A stretch of 64,000 nt of DNA from Octopus vulgaris (taxonomy: Eukaryota): the NCBI GenBank assembly GCA_951406725.2, contig OX597833.1:4278001-4342000 (forward strand), in the 5' to 3' direction. The notes below the pieces were generated by a model, which was not told the origin of the DNA, ran no database searches, and was given only the letters and a program-made list of their open reading frames with translations. This document shows, piece by piece, positions 1-13,439 of this stretch; position 1 is the stretch's first letter; each line of letters begins with the position of its first letter. The translations under genes and the position numbers were made by a program.

Positions 1-235
1 GTGACACGGATTGTGACAAGGTGACCCTTTGAAATACAGGTACAAGAGAAACAGGAAGAAAGAGTGAGAGTAAGCTGTGGTGATGATGTACAGCAGGGTT
101 CACCACCTGCCCCTACCCGGAGCTTCGTGGAGCCTAAAATATTTACACTCAATAAACACTCATAACGCCCGGTCTGGGAATCGAAACCGCAAATCCACTG
201 GCCTAACCACTGAGCCATTGCTCCTCCACATATAA

Positions 236-273
<38 letters not shown>

Positions 274-301
274 GCACACGCTCATATATATATATATATA
301 T

Positions 302-346
<45 letters not shown>

Positions 347-859
347 AATACAGAGAAAAAGGGAGTGAGAGGAAGATAGATGGTTACATGTACCCATACA
401 TATTTGTATATAAGGGCACAGGGGTGGCTGTATGGAAAGAAGTTTACTTTCCAACCACATGGTTCTAAGTTCAGTCCCACTGCATGGCACTAATGGGCAA
501 ATGTCCTCTCCTATAGCCTTGAGCTGACTGAAACCTTGTGAGGGGATTTGGTTGGCAGGAACTGAATGAAGCCCATTGTGTATGTGTGTGTGTGTGTGGC
601 TTTGTGTCTGTGTTAGTTCACCATACCACTTGGCAACCGGTGTTGGTTTGTCTACATCTCCATAGCTTAGCAGATTGGCAAAAAGAGAGCGGTGAAATAA
701 GTATGAGTCTTAAAAAATGCACTGGGATCAATTCATTGAACTAAAAGCTGTTCAAGTTGGTGCCCCAGCATGGCCACAGTCTAATGAATGCAAGAAGTAA
801 AAAAAAAAAGTAGCCAGACATTCATGTTTATTAATCTTTCTGTCTTTCTATCATTTCAG

Positions 860-1195
860 GTGTTCCAGTTGTGAAATCTCAAACAGTGACATTCTCCATC
901 TCTTCTTCTGCCAAAATTGGTGATTCTGCTCAGTTCTTCTGCAATGCCACCACCACAGTAATTCAGTACGATGCTAATTTCATGCATAATGACATCTGGA
1001 TTGCTGTAGCCATAGTTCCTGGTGTTTCAGGTCAAAGTGATCCCAATACTTCAGTCACTGGCTCAGCCACTGAGTCCTACTATAAGTATACAATCAGTTC
1101 TTTGTCTTGTTCTGACCGAGGGAATTACAGGTGTGAGGTGGTGAAAGAAGTTGGTTATGTATTGAAGAGTAACAGTGAGACACTTGATGTTCTGG
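860..1195 (+). CDS. IgSF receptor paralogue A, Ig domain 1 exon (V-like, variable)
   Basis: tttcag acceptor at 858-859 and G|gtaag donor; 336 nt, phase 1-1. Reads VPVVKSQTVTF..AQFFC..DRGNYRC..LDVL, with an Ig B-strand Cys and a DxGxYxC tyrosine corner. The signal exon would lie upstream of the window. Confidence 0.85.
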
Positions 1196-1372
1196 GTAAG
1201 GATTACCTCTATCTACTCTCCCTTTTACTCCCCCTTTCTCTCTCTCCATTCTATCCCCGTCCTCCCCTCTCTCTCTCACATACAATGAAATTGTTGATGA
1301 TCCTTAACTTCCCTCACAATATTTATTGTATTTTAAATGTCCCTTTTTGTTCCCTTTTCTTTTTTCCTACAG

Positions 1373-1654
1373 GTCCAGCTGGAACTCCCGATCTGACGGC
1401 TCCTTCTGATAACCAAATTCTCAATGACAATGTCACCGTTTCTTGCGAGAGTAACGTTGGAAGTCCTGCACAGGAATTACACCTTTGTGTTGGCAATACC
1501 TGCGCTAAACCAAACCCAGCAGTTAAACAGGTCGATCAGTGCATTTTCACACAAACTGCAAGCCTAACATTTCAAGTCACCAAGACAACCAAGACGGCTA
1601 CATGTAGAGTGGGGTCAAGTTCTTTGGAAGATAAACAAACCTGGGAAGTTGACT
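1373..1654 (+). CDS. IgSF receptor paralogue A, Ig domain 2 exon
   Basis: Polypyrimidine tract plus tacag acceptor, t|gtaagt donor; 282 nt, phase 1-1. Reads GPAGTPDL..VTVSCESNVGSPA..ATCRV. Confidence 0.85.
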
Positions 1655-3595
1655 GTAAGTTGTCTGTTTTTCTTCTCTGTTGCTATTATTATTTCTTCAG
1701 AAATCACAGAAAACATGGTGAGTTGGTTGGATTCTGTGTAAAGAATGGATGGGAGGCAATGTGCCTTCCTCCAGAGATTGGCGTTTGGAGATTGATTGGA
1801 ACCAGTGGTCACTCAATGCTCAAGATTCTTGGATTAGGTGTGAAGGTGTGAAATGATGTTGCCAGAAAATTCTTGGAAGATTCTCACAAAGCAAGTCATT
1901 ACATCTGGGTTGAGAGAGGAGATGAGTGATGCAGCTAGAATGAGCATGGGAGACAGGATAGAAACATCTTGCCCAGGATCTCAATATCATGTAGTTTGTT
2001 GGGTTGCCCTGGGTATCTCTGGTTTCACAGTGGAAGGGACTCAAACACCTACAGACCTCATTCACCGCCTGATGAGTCATGGACTCCTGCATTCAAGGAC
2101 AGGGGACAGCACATAAGTGTTTACCCTAAATGTTAATCTTTTACTGGTTTCAGTCACTGGATTGTGCCCATGCTGGGGCTTTGTCCCCAACATTTGTTTC
2201 CACAATCATTCCAAGTGCAGGATGTATTTTATCAACTCCTACTGAACGACTGCTAAGTCAAGCCTTTGATGCTTGACCAGTTTATTTTCTTCACTGCTAA
2301 TACTAGACAGGGGCCAGGGATATCAATGTGCATGCACACAATTATATAATTAAGGGTGCGAAACTGAGTTATACCATTTGGTTGATAACTGATGAAGAAT
2401 TAGGGACCTTCTGTGTCTGTCTTCCGTCTGTTTGTGCACTTCATATACGTTATACATTTTCAGTTGTTGTTTGTGTATTTAGAATAGATTTTTAAAAATT
2501 TATTAAATAACGGAACACAATGCACCCAGGCTTTTAATATAACAATATATATATATATATATATATATTGTGGCTCTCTGTCAGTTATGAGAGTTCCAGT
2601 TAAGCCATTCAACGGAACAGCCTGCTCGTGAAATTAACATGCAAGTGGCTGAGCACTCCACAGACACGTGTACCCTTAACATAGTTTTCAGGGAGTTTGA
2701 GCATGACACAGAGTGTGACAAGGCTGGCCCCTTTTAATTACAGGCACGATAGAAACAAGGAAAAAAGGGTGAGAGAAAGTTGCAATGCAAAAGTACAGTA
2801 GGGTCCACCCCCCCCCCCCACTGCTGGATCCTCATCGAGCTTTAGACGTGTTTTCACTCAATAAACACTCACATTGCCCAGTCTGGGAATTGAAACTGTG
2901 ATCTTACAACTGTGAGTCCACTGCCCTAATCACTGGGCCATTTTGCCTCTACATATATATATATATACATATAATTATTCAATGAGTTCTTCATATGATC
3001 AGGCAGCAGAGTTCAATACAAGAGACATTTAGTTGCTGTTTCTAGCAGTGCTATTGACCCCATAGCCAATGTTTCAGTCATTGTTAATGTAGGAATTGGG
3101 GAAAAAAGCAGAGAAATTATTTCTCTCTCATCACTGGGCATCAAGCCCTAGAAAATCTGTCACTCAAGGAGTGTTAAACATATATATATTTCATCATCAT
3201 CATCATCGTTTTGCGTCCGCTTTCCATGCTGGCATGGGTTGGACTGGGAAGCCAGAAGGCTGCACCAGGCCCAGTCTGATCTGGCAATGTTTCTACGGCT
3301 GGATGCCCTTCCTAACGTCAACCACTTGAGTGTAATGGGTGCTTTTTACGTGCCACCGGCACAGGTGCCAGACGAGGCTGGCAAACGGCCACGATCGAAT
3401 GGAACTTTTTATGTGCCACCGGCACAGAGGCCAGGTGAGGCTGGCAACGGCCACGATTGGACGGTGCTTTTTACGTGCCACCGGCACGGAAGCCAGTCGG
3501 GGCGGCGCTGGCAACGGCCATGTTTGGATGGTTCTCTTATGTGCCACCAGTACTGGTATCACAGTTACAATTTCCATACATGTTGATCGATGTTG

Positions 3596-3646
<51 letters not shown>

Positions 3647-3786
3647 ATATTTTCGGAATGGTCATATTGCCAGTTTAGCCAATAAAAACACACGCTAAAC
3701 TGGCAATATGACCATTCCGAAATATAACAATATCTGTTTCAACACACGACTTCACATAAAAAATCTTGCACAACAAATATTTAAAC

Positions 3787-3821
<35 letters not shown>

Positions 3822-4186
3822 ATTTTAGGTGCAGGCATGTGGGTAACAAGTTCTCTTTCAAACCTTGTGGTTTTAGTTTCAACCTCACTGCACAGCACAT
3901 TGTGTGCCTTCTGCAATGGCCTTTGACTGTGGGAAGTTAAGAAAGGATGAAGGGACAAGGAGCACTATAAGAAGGTATTCATGCATTGAGATGAGAATAA
4001 GGGGAAATGTGTCTGTATATAGACCTTTTCTGAAGGGGTTATTTGGGCTGTGTGTGTGTGTGTGTGTGAGTGAGAGAGAGAGAGAGAAAGAAAGGGAGTG
4101 AGAGAAAAGTGCCACATTTGACAAAAAAGTGTTGCCACATAAAATGGTTTCATTAAATTCTCTTTTGATCATCTGTTTTCTTTCAG

Positions 4187-4572
4187 ATCCCGTTGATGCC
4201 ATCAGTCTAATTCCAAATGTCACAGATCGGACACTGGTTCGTGGAACCAAAGGAACATTTGACTGTGTCGCACTCGGCAACCCTGACCCCTCAACCATGT
4301 GGGAGTTCTTCCCAGAGACATCTCAAACTAGCAGGATATCTTGGGGCAGAACTATGGAACTGGACCCTGACACAAGTGGGGTGTATGTGTGTACCGCTAA
4401 CAACACGGTTGGCGGAATCTCCTATAACTTGACCAAGACTGTGACCGTTACCATCTTTAACTCAGCCATCACGGCTTACAACTCCCTCACTCTCTCTCTT
4501 GCTCTCTCTCTCTCGCTCTCTCTCTCTCTTAATTCTTCCTTTCCTATTTTTTTGATCTTTTATGTACATTAG
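4187..4572 (+). CDS. IgSF receptor paralogue A, Ig domain 3 exon with lost splice donor, reading through to a stop
   Basis: tttcag acceptor. Reads [26 protein letters not shown] (I-set-like). At 4457 the paralogous donor GTAAGT reads TTAACT, and the frame continues to TAG at 4570-4572. Confidence 0.75.
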
Positions 4573-4828
4573 TATATATCACTTCACACATACTTATACA
4601 CACACTAAATTCATATGTGTGTAGATGTATGCATATTTTATGTATGTATATTTTATGTATCTGTTCGGACATACATATACATACATACGTATACATACAT
4701 ACAAGGACACACGCATACATATACATACATACAAGCATAAACATGCACACACACAAACACACATGTACAGATAAACAAGAACTAAAATGCTGGCTGGTCA
4801 TTTTTTGGACAATTATGGTCCCTATTAG

Positions 4829-4879
<51 letters not shown>

Positions 4880-4893
4880 GTATATATATATGC

Positions 4894-4988
<95 letters not shown>

Positions 4989-5039
4989 AATGTATGTATA
5001 TACATATATATATATATGTATGTATATATGTATATATGT

Positions 5040-5599
5040 TAATATATTTGTTTTGCAAGATTTTGATGTGAAATCGTGTTTTGAAACAGATATTGTTATA
5101 GTTCGGAATGGTCATTTTGCCAGTTTAGCCAATAAAAACACACGCACTATATATTTGGTGTTACTTTGCTTCAGTGTTATTTGTTTTTTAAATTAATCTT
5201 AATCTTCTTTCGGCCAGAGTTCTTTCGTCACACTCCTACGACCTCAACACTGGTCCTTTGCTTTCTTCTTTCTTATTTGTGTCTCTCCTTACTAACCGTC
5301 AGCCATTTTGTATTTCTATTGTATGTGTCTTCATTTGTGCATGTGTATATCTCTATGTGCGTTTATGTGTGAAGACACATAAAAAAGAAATACAAAATGG
5401 CTGACAGTCAGTATGGAGAGACACACAAATAAGAAAGAAGAATGCAAAGGACCACTGATGAGGTCACAGGAGTGTGACGAGAGAACTCTGGCCGAAATAA
5501 GATTAAGATTAATGTAAAAAATAAATAACGCTGAAGCAAAGTAACACCAAATATATAGTGCGTGTGTTTTTATTGGCTAAACTGGCAAAATGACCATTC

Positions 5600-5600
<1 letters not shown>
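5040..5600. mobile_element. Penelope-like inverted-repeat remnant within (AT)n
   Basis: About 5105-5340 is inverted against about 5372-5600, with a degenerate CTGATGA..GAAA motif; same family as the 3642-3785 foldback. Confidence 0.5.
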
Positions 5601-6030
<430 letters not shown>

Positions 6031-6661
6031 TATGAGTACCAAAGATGTGTAAGTGTCAGTTCATTACAGAGAGGGAAATTAAAACTGCATATGTTGTGAA
6101 CTTAGAATATGTGTTTATTAATAAAAAAATTTAATAATGATAATCTTTTATTCATACGAATATAACTGATATGAAATATATCATAAATAACAGTGACAAA
6201 TTCATATGACACTGCAAATAATTATTGTTGACACACTACAGCAGAAAATGTATTAACCTCAATAGACGTCATTGATTGGTTGAAATTGCCAAAATGCAAG
6301 AAATTAAGCCACAAATAGCTTACAAACTACAAAATTTTCTCAAGAAAACCAAGTGAAAAAGATGTTTTATGTAACCCACAACCAGTATACGAAGTTTAAA
6401 AGTGTTTAGCTACAAAGAAATTATTTTAAAAATCTGCCGGTCAAAACGAAAAGATCCCAACTTTTTTATAACAATAACTTTAAATAAATAGATAAGTTAT
6501 TATATATGAAAAATATAATTATCATTATATCTTTTTACGTGTTTTATTACAGTTTGTAGATTCAGTAAGACCCTGATACTTAATTATATACATATATATT
6601 ATTGTTGCATGTGATTATAATAACGAGTTTGGATTGATATTATTTGAGATATATAGATATA

Positions 6662-6968
6662 CTAGCAGTATCGCCCAGCGTTGCTAGGGTTTGTAAGGGA
6701 AATAACTATATAAGCATTTTTAGAGAGTTACTTTCCTCACATAACCCAAGCAAAATTCATTAAAAATGCGGAAAAATGATGGTAAATTTCTTTTTAAATC
6801 GTAGACTCATCGTAGACGCGCGCTAATACCCAGAAAGGCTCGATATGAATGACAACTATAAGATAGCCACTTTTGGTTAAACTGCACCGCAAAATGTGGG
6901 AGTAGTTAGGAATCTAAATCGGAGGAGACAGAGTCTCACACACACAACTTCAATTTTATATATAAAGA
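6662..6968 (-). mobile_element. Non-autonomous Helitron
   Basis: 5'-TC, subterminal hairpin, CTAG-3'. Inserted at A|T without TSD; the empty site is visible at about 8070. Copies at 10084-10390, 45291-45679, 56228-56535 and 58199-58506. Confidence 0.75.
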
Positions 6969-7155
6969 TATTTCAATAGTTTTAGATTCTACTTAATTAT
7001 TTTGCCCGTAATAATTTTTCTGTTTTTAAATTTTTAATGTAATTGATATCTAGTTGAATGGTTAACACCCACCTAATAATACATAGGCGTTTGAATTAAT
7101 TTTTTTACAATCCGGCAATTCTTTCACAAGGAATTCCGTCTATCTACACACCAAT

Positions 7156-7234
7156 GCCCTGATGTGACTTATATATGAGGTAACTGAATTGTTTATATAC
7201 CAAAAAATGTATAAAGTCGAAACAAATTGTTGGC
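7156..7234 (+). ncRNA. Hammerhead-like motif with A9U variant
   Basis: gcc-CTGATGT-gactt../..aagtc-GAAA-caaattg-TT-ggc; copies at 7807-7884 (-) and 58694-58772 (+). Confidence 0.45.
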
Positions 7235-7350
7235 TTTTTTGGTTGTTTAAATAATTATGTTATATTATATTATATTCATAGTATATTATGTTATTTTATA
7301 AATAAATTGTTGGATTCTCAATTAATCTCTCTAATTTATTGTTTGAAATT

Positions 7351-7390
<40 letters not shown>

Positions 7391-7391
7391 C

Positions 7392-7438
<47 letters not shown>

Positions 7439-7502
7439 CACATACATATGTGTATGTGTGTATATATATGCTTGTGAACATTAATATATACCCATTACAC
7501 AC

Positions 7503-7584
<82 letters not shown>

Positions 7585-8383
7585 GAAAGGTAACAAACAA
7601 CAACGGAAAAGATTTCCTTCAAAGGGGTGTGTAAAACACCCAATTCACTGGTACATTGGTTGAATACCACAGAATTAGGGGTACAATGTAAATTTCAAAC
7701 AATAAATTAGAGAGATTAATTGACAATCCAACAATTTATTTATAAAATAACATAATATACTACGAATATAATATAATATAACATAATTATTTAAACAACC
7801 AAAAAAGCCAACAATTTGTTTCGACTTTATACATTTTTTGATATATAAACAATTCAGTTCCCTTATATATAAGTCACATCAGGCATTGGTGTGTAAATAG
7901 ACGAACTTCCTTGTGAAAGAATTGCTGGATTGTAAAAAAATTAATTCAAACGCTTATGTATTATTAGGTGAGTGTTAGCCATTCAACTAGATATCAATTA
8001 CATTAAAAATTAAAAAACAGAAAAATTATAACGGACAAAATAATTAATTAGAATCTAAAACTATTGAAATATATATCTATATATCTCAAATAATATCAAT
8101 CCAAACTCGTTATTATAATCACATGCAACAATAATATATATGTATGTAATTAAGTATTTTGAAATGTTCATGTTTCCACAGTGTGGATCTCATCAAAGAG
8201 ATTACAATTAAAAAAAGTAGAACATTTTTGAAACATAAAGTGGAAGAATACAAAATAAATCATAGTTTTCCATCTTACCGTTCGATTTCTTTGATGTTGA
8301 AGAATAGAAATTTATGGTTTATTATTGTTTGTATTTTTAATTAAACATATTTGGGAGAATGGAAAGCTTTTACATGTTTAGAG

Positions 8384-8584
8384 CAATGCTTTTCAAACTT
8401 TTTGCTGGAGCGGAACCCCAAGGAAACATTCCACTGGCTCGTGGAACCCCCGTGCAATAATTTAATTGTCTTATGCACACATATCTGCACAGGAGACTTA
8501 AAAATTACAGCCGATTTTAGCTGTTTTGTAACTTCTTGCGGAACCCCTGGACTGTACTGGCAGAACCCTGGTTGAAAACCACTG
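8384..8584. mobile_element. hAT-type MITE
   Basis: TIRs caatgcttttcaa/ttgaaaaccactg with 8-bp TSD gtttagag; mirror at 57686-57886. Confidence 0.8.
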
Positions 8585-8726
8585 GTTTAGAGTGTCTATG
8601 GGTCTTAATCTGGCCCCAACATCTGTATATACACAGAAATTTAAGGAGACAGAAGTTGGAAGTGAGTTGGGAGAGGGACATCAAGGTGAAAACTTAGAAA
8701 CTGAACAAGAAGATAGATAGATAGGT

Positions 8727-8758
<32 letters not shown>

Positions 8759-10400
8759 AAGAGAGAGAGGGGAGGAAGAGAGAGAGAGAGAGAGAGCTAT
8801 GATTATTATAGTGACAGCAGTGCTTGATCTCTTTACTCTCTCTTTTACTTGTTTCAGTCATTTGACTGCGGCCATGCTGGAGCACCGCCTTTAGTCGAGC
8901 AACTCGACCCCCGGGACTTATTCTTTGTAAGCCTAGTACTTATTCTATCGGTCTCTTTTGCTGAACCGCTAAGTGACGGGGACGTAAACACACCAGCATC
9001 GGTTGTCAAGCAATGCTAGGGGGACAAACACAGACACACAAACACACACACATATATACATATACATATATACGACAGGCTTCTTTCAGTTTCCGTCCAC
9101 CAAATCCACTCACAAGGCATTGGTCGGCCCAAGGCTATAGTAGAAGACACTTGCCCAAGATGCCACACAGTGGGACTGAACCCGGAACTATGTGGTTGGT
9201 TAGCAAGCTACTTACCACACAGCCACTCCTGCACCTATATACATATATACGACAGGCTTCTTTCAGTTTCCGTCCACCAAATCCACTCACATGGCATTGG
9301 TCGGCCCGGGGCTATAGCAGAAGACATTTGCCCAAGATGCCACGCAGTGGGACTGAACCCGGAACCATGTGGTTGGTTAGCAAGCTACTTACCACACAGC
9401 CACTGTTGCTCTTTGCTCAGAATAATTAATATTTTGTTTCATTTCTACGAATTAAGTAAAACAACATTGAAACAAGAGAAACACTTGACAGACCGAAACT
9501 CTTGCATTCGTTTTTAACTGTTTTTATTTCTAAAACCAACATAATACGCAAAAAAAGCAGAGACCAGAAATTCTGACAATGCCTGTGTCTACAAAATTCT
9601 AAGCAGTTTAATATTTCTTTAATTGGGATGCCTCTTGGTGTAGTCAATTGACTTTAAAATGCTTAATTAGTTTATTAATTCGTCGGTTAATCAAGCAATT
9701 GAAAGAACAGTTATTTCCTGAGTCATTCTTCTTACGGGTGAAAAAGGTATATATTTGATTTTATGCATCATCAGAGCTAGAGGAAGATTTTAGATAAAAG
9801 AAGACACACCAAAGTTCTTCCCCGAAAGTTCTTCCAGACTAAATAAGTGTGCTTAAACAATTCTCAAGATTATTTGTACCAATTGGTTTTCAAATATAAC
9901 GTTTTTTTGAGGTGCTATGTGTCTTTTTATAAATTCATAGAAATAACCACAAAAAACTGATGCACCCTGTTCACACACAGACATACACATGGAGCCACAT
10001 GTGAAATGCAGCAGTTAAGAAAGAAATATTCTACAGAGACCAGGGTGTGACATGAAGAGAGACAGCTTATGTTTATAGAACAACTTAGTAGTATTGCCCG
10101 GCGTTCCTCGGGTTTGTAAGGGAAATAACTATATAAGTATTTTTAGAGAGTTACTTCCCTTATATAACCCGAGCAAAAATCATTAAAAATGCGGAAAAAT
10201 AAGGTAAATTTTTTTTTAAATCTTAGACTCATTGTAGATGCGCGCTAATATCCAGAAGGGCTCGATATGAATCACGACTATAAGATACCCGCTTTTGGTT
10301 AAACTGCACCGCAAAATGTGGGAGTAGTTAGGAATCTAAATTGGAGTAGACAGACACACACACACACAACTTTAGTTTTATATATAAAGATGAGAGTTAG

Positions 10401-10641
10401 CTAAGTAATGACCGACAAAGATAGACACCTGCACATATAGCTAGATAGATAGATAGAGAGAAAGAATGGGAAAGAGAGAGAGAGAGAGATAGGTCTCCTC
10501 TCTAGACGCATGGTAATATTGTGTCTTAGCTGTAAGAACAGTGGTGGGAGTGGAACCAGTGGTTTCCTACTGCAGTGAGTGTCATCTGTGGTAAGTTCCA
10601 TGTGAAGTGGGCCTTCCTCATTCTCCTCAACAGTCAAATAC
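10401..10641 (-). CDS. IgSF receptor paralogue B, putative cytoplasmic-tail exon
   Basis: tttgccag acceptor; YLTVEENEEGPLHMELTTDD...; mirror of 55979-56177. Confidence 0.45.
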
Positions 10642-10782
10642 CTGGCAAAAGAACAACGGAATAAGTATCATCGTGAAAATGCAAACAGAATGCAATGGGT
10701 TGAAAATGGCAGAGCCACAAGACATATTCTGTCGAATAAAAAAAAATAATAGAATAGTAAATTTAAAAGAAAAGAAACAGAC

Positions 10783-10930
10783 AGGAGTGGCTGTGTGGTA
10801 AGTGTCTTGCTTACCAACCACATGGTTCCGGGTTCAGTCCCACTGCGTGGCACCTTGGGCAAGTGTCTTCTACTATAACCTCGGGCCGACCAAAGCCTTG
10901 TGAGTGAATTTGGTAGGCGGAAACTATATG

Positions 10931-10961
<31 letters not shown>

Positions 10962-11180
10962 GTGTGGATGTGTGTTTGTGTGTCCGTGTTTGTCCCCCCT
11001 AGCATTGCTTGACAACCGATGCTGGTGTGTTTATATCCCCGTCACTTAGCGGTTCGGCAAAAGAGACCGATAGAATAAGTACTGGGCTTACAAAAGAATA
11101 ATCCCGGGGTCGAGTTGCTCGATTAAAGGTGGTGCTCCAGCATGGCCGCAGTCAAATGACTGAAACAAGTAAAAAGAAAA
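10783..11180 (+). mobile_element. Second tRNA-derived SINE family
   Basis: Head ggagtggctgtgtggtaag..gggttcagtccc and tail gactgaaacaagtaaaa. Copies at about 420-800, 8840-9405 (duplicated head), 26160-26540, 26607-26970, 39400-39780, 40440-40820, 54475-54760 and 55470-55836. Confidence 0.75.
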
Positions 11181-13439
11181 AGAAAAAAAAGAAACAGACA
11201 GCGTGGATGTGTGTGTGTGCGTTGAGTGTTTGCAGTTACTTCCAGTCATAACAAATGACCAATTCATATTTTATCTCATTAACCCACACCTCTAAGCGGA
11301 TTGTTAACACCATTATAGACAGACAGACAGACAGATAGATAAGTAGATCTGTCTGTCTGTCTGTCTCGATGTCGATGCCAGTGCCGCCTGACAGGCACCC
11401 ATGCCAGTGACATGTGAAAAGCACCATTCAAGAGTGACCTATGCCATTTCCACTTGACTGGCTCCTGTACCAGTAGTACCTAAAGAGCACCCATTACATT
11501 CTCAGAGTGTAACAAACATAAAGAATGACCCTTCATCAGTTGCTGGCTGTTTCCCTAGTCTCGCATTTCGAACATTTAACAACAATATACGCTTTCAATG
11601 AAACAGTTGCTCCTGCAAAGCAAACTAGATGAAATTTGGGATTTCGCAGAGGGTCAAAATAGGTAACACAAACAGGACAGTGAAAACAATCAGGGAGGGC
11701 TGCTAAGCCTAGACGAGGTTGTGGTGGCAAACGCGTACTCGTGCTTTGTACTTTTTTGTTGTACAAGTTTCCTGACATCCTGTGCCCACATATGCATCAT
11801 CATCAGCATCATCATCATCGTTTAACGTCCGTTTTCCGCACTAGCATGGGTTGGACGGTTCGACCAGGATCTTGGAAGCCAGGGGCTGCACCAGGCTCCA
11901 GTCTGATCTGGCAGTGTTTCTACAGCTGGATGCCCTTCCTAACGCCAACCACCCCGCGAGTGTAGTGGGTGCTTTTTACGTGCCAGGGGAGTCTGGTATA
12001 GGCCACGATCGGTTGGTGCTTTTAACGTGCCACCGGCATGGAAGCCAGTCAAGGCGGTGCTGGCATGTAAAAGAGTATATGTATAGGTGTAAGTATGTAT
12101 ATATACATAGAAGATCTGAAATCCACCTGATGAGAAGTCCTTTGAAGAGGCATGAAACAATTGTAGTGGCGAATTTAATTTTATTTACTTTATATTAAAA
12201 TTTTTTACGTATTGGATTAATTTTTTTGCTTTGTATTTGACTCAATAGTGGGTCTCTAATTAATATTATGAATAATATTTTACTTAAATTGGGCAATCTA
12301 AATCTGAACTGGTGCAGGAAGCAGCCCTCTTTATATATATATATATATATATCTCAGTCCTTCGTATTGGTATATATGTGAGAACACACACACACGCTCT
12401 GCATGTGTCATGTGTGACTACCTCATCCCAGGTTTGTGAATAAGCATCATCTGCTTACAAGGGATGCCACTGGGTCTTCACATAATCTCTGGCCATGCAA
12501 TGTAACCATCTGCAGAATGGACCATCAACCTAGAAAGCGTCTCTCTTGCACTAATTCCACGTCTATGCTTCGATCAACATCAATGGAAATTGGAGCTGTG
12601 ATACTCTGTGCCGGTGGCACGTAAGAGAACCATCCGGATCGTGGCCGTTGCCAGTCTACGCCTGACTGGCCTCGTGCCAGTGGCACGTTGTGGCACCATC
12701 CGATTGTGGCCGTTTGCCTCGCAGTTGCCACGTACAATCTACACTTTCACTCTGAGCGAGAACCCTTTGTAGCCAGGATCCAGCTGTAGAAACACTGCCA
12801 GATCAGACTGGGCCTGGTGCAGCCTTCTGTCTTCCCAGACCCCAGTTGAACCGTCCAACCCATGCCAGCATGGAAAGCGGACGCTATCAACGATGATGAT
12901 GATGATGATTTCTTGTGGCATGTGATGCAATCTGTTGTATCTGAGTATCTGTGGTGTATTATCCCTGTGCATGTTTAGCCGAAGAAGGGACATGAGTTTA
13001 CCCACATTGTTGTACATTGTATATTTTTGTTGCTGAGTCCTCTTATGCGATAGCTTACACTGGGTACATCTAATGGAGTTTCTACCTACACCCTTACCTA
13101 CAGATCAAGCATATATATATATATATCCGTGTGTGTGTTTGTATTGGTATATATGTATATACAGAAACACACACACACACTCACACTCACATATGCATGT
13201 GTGTGTGTGTGACTATCACCTTATCCTGAGATCTCCTAATGTTTGTAAATAAGCATCATCTGCTTACAAGGGATGCCACTGGGTCCAAAATGTCCATAAA
13301 AGACATGTCTGGCCATGCAGAATGCAACCTTCGATTGGAGACAGGAATGGCATCAACCTAGAGAAATCTTCCTCAACTAATTCCATTCTACCTATTGAAA
13401 TCGATCAACATCAATGGAAATTGGAGCTGTGATACCAGT

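Larger units (their letters stand above)
1..4500 (+). repeat. Direct segmental duplicate of about 40060-43900
   Basis: Same SINEs, exons and introns in the same order and orientation. Confidence 0.85.

Noticed and set aside
871-1851. 326-aa single ORF spanning Ig1 and Ig2
   Set aside because: It reads through a 177-nt intron by chance. The equivalent introns in B (185 nt) and C (188 nt) break the frame, and the splice sites are canonical.
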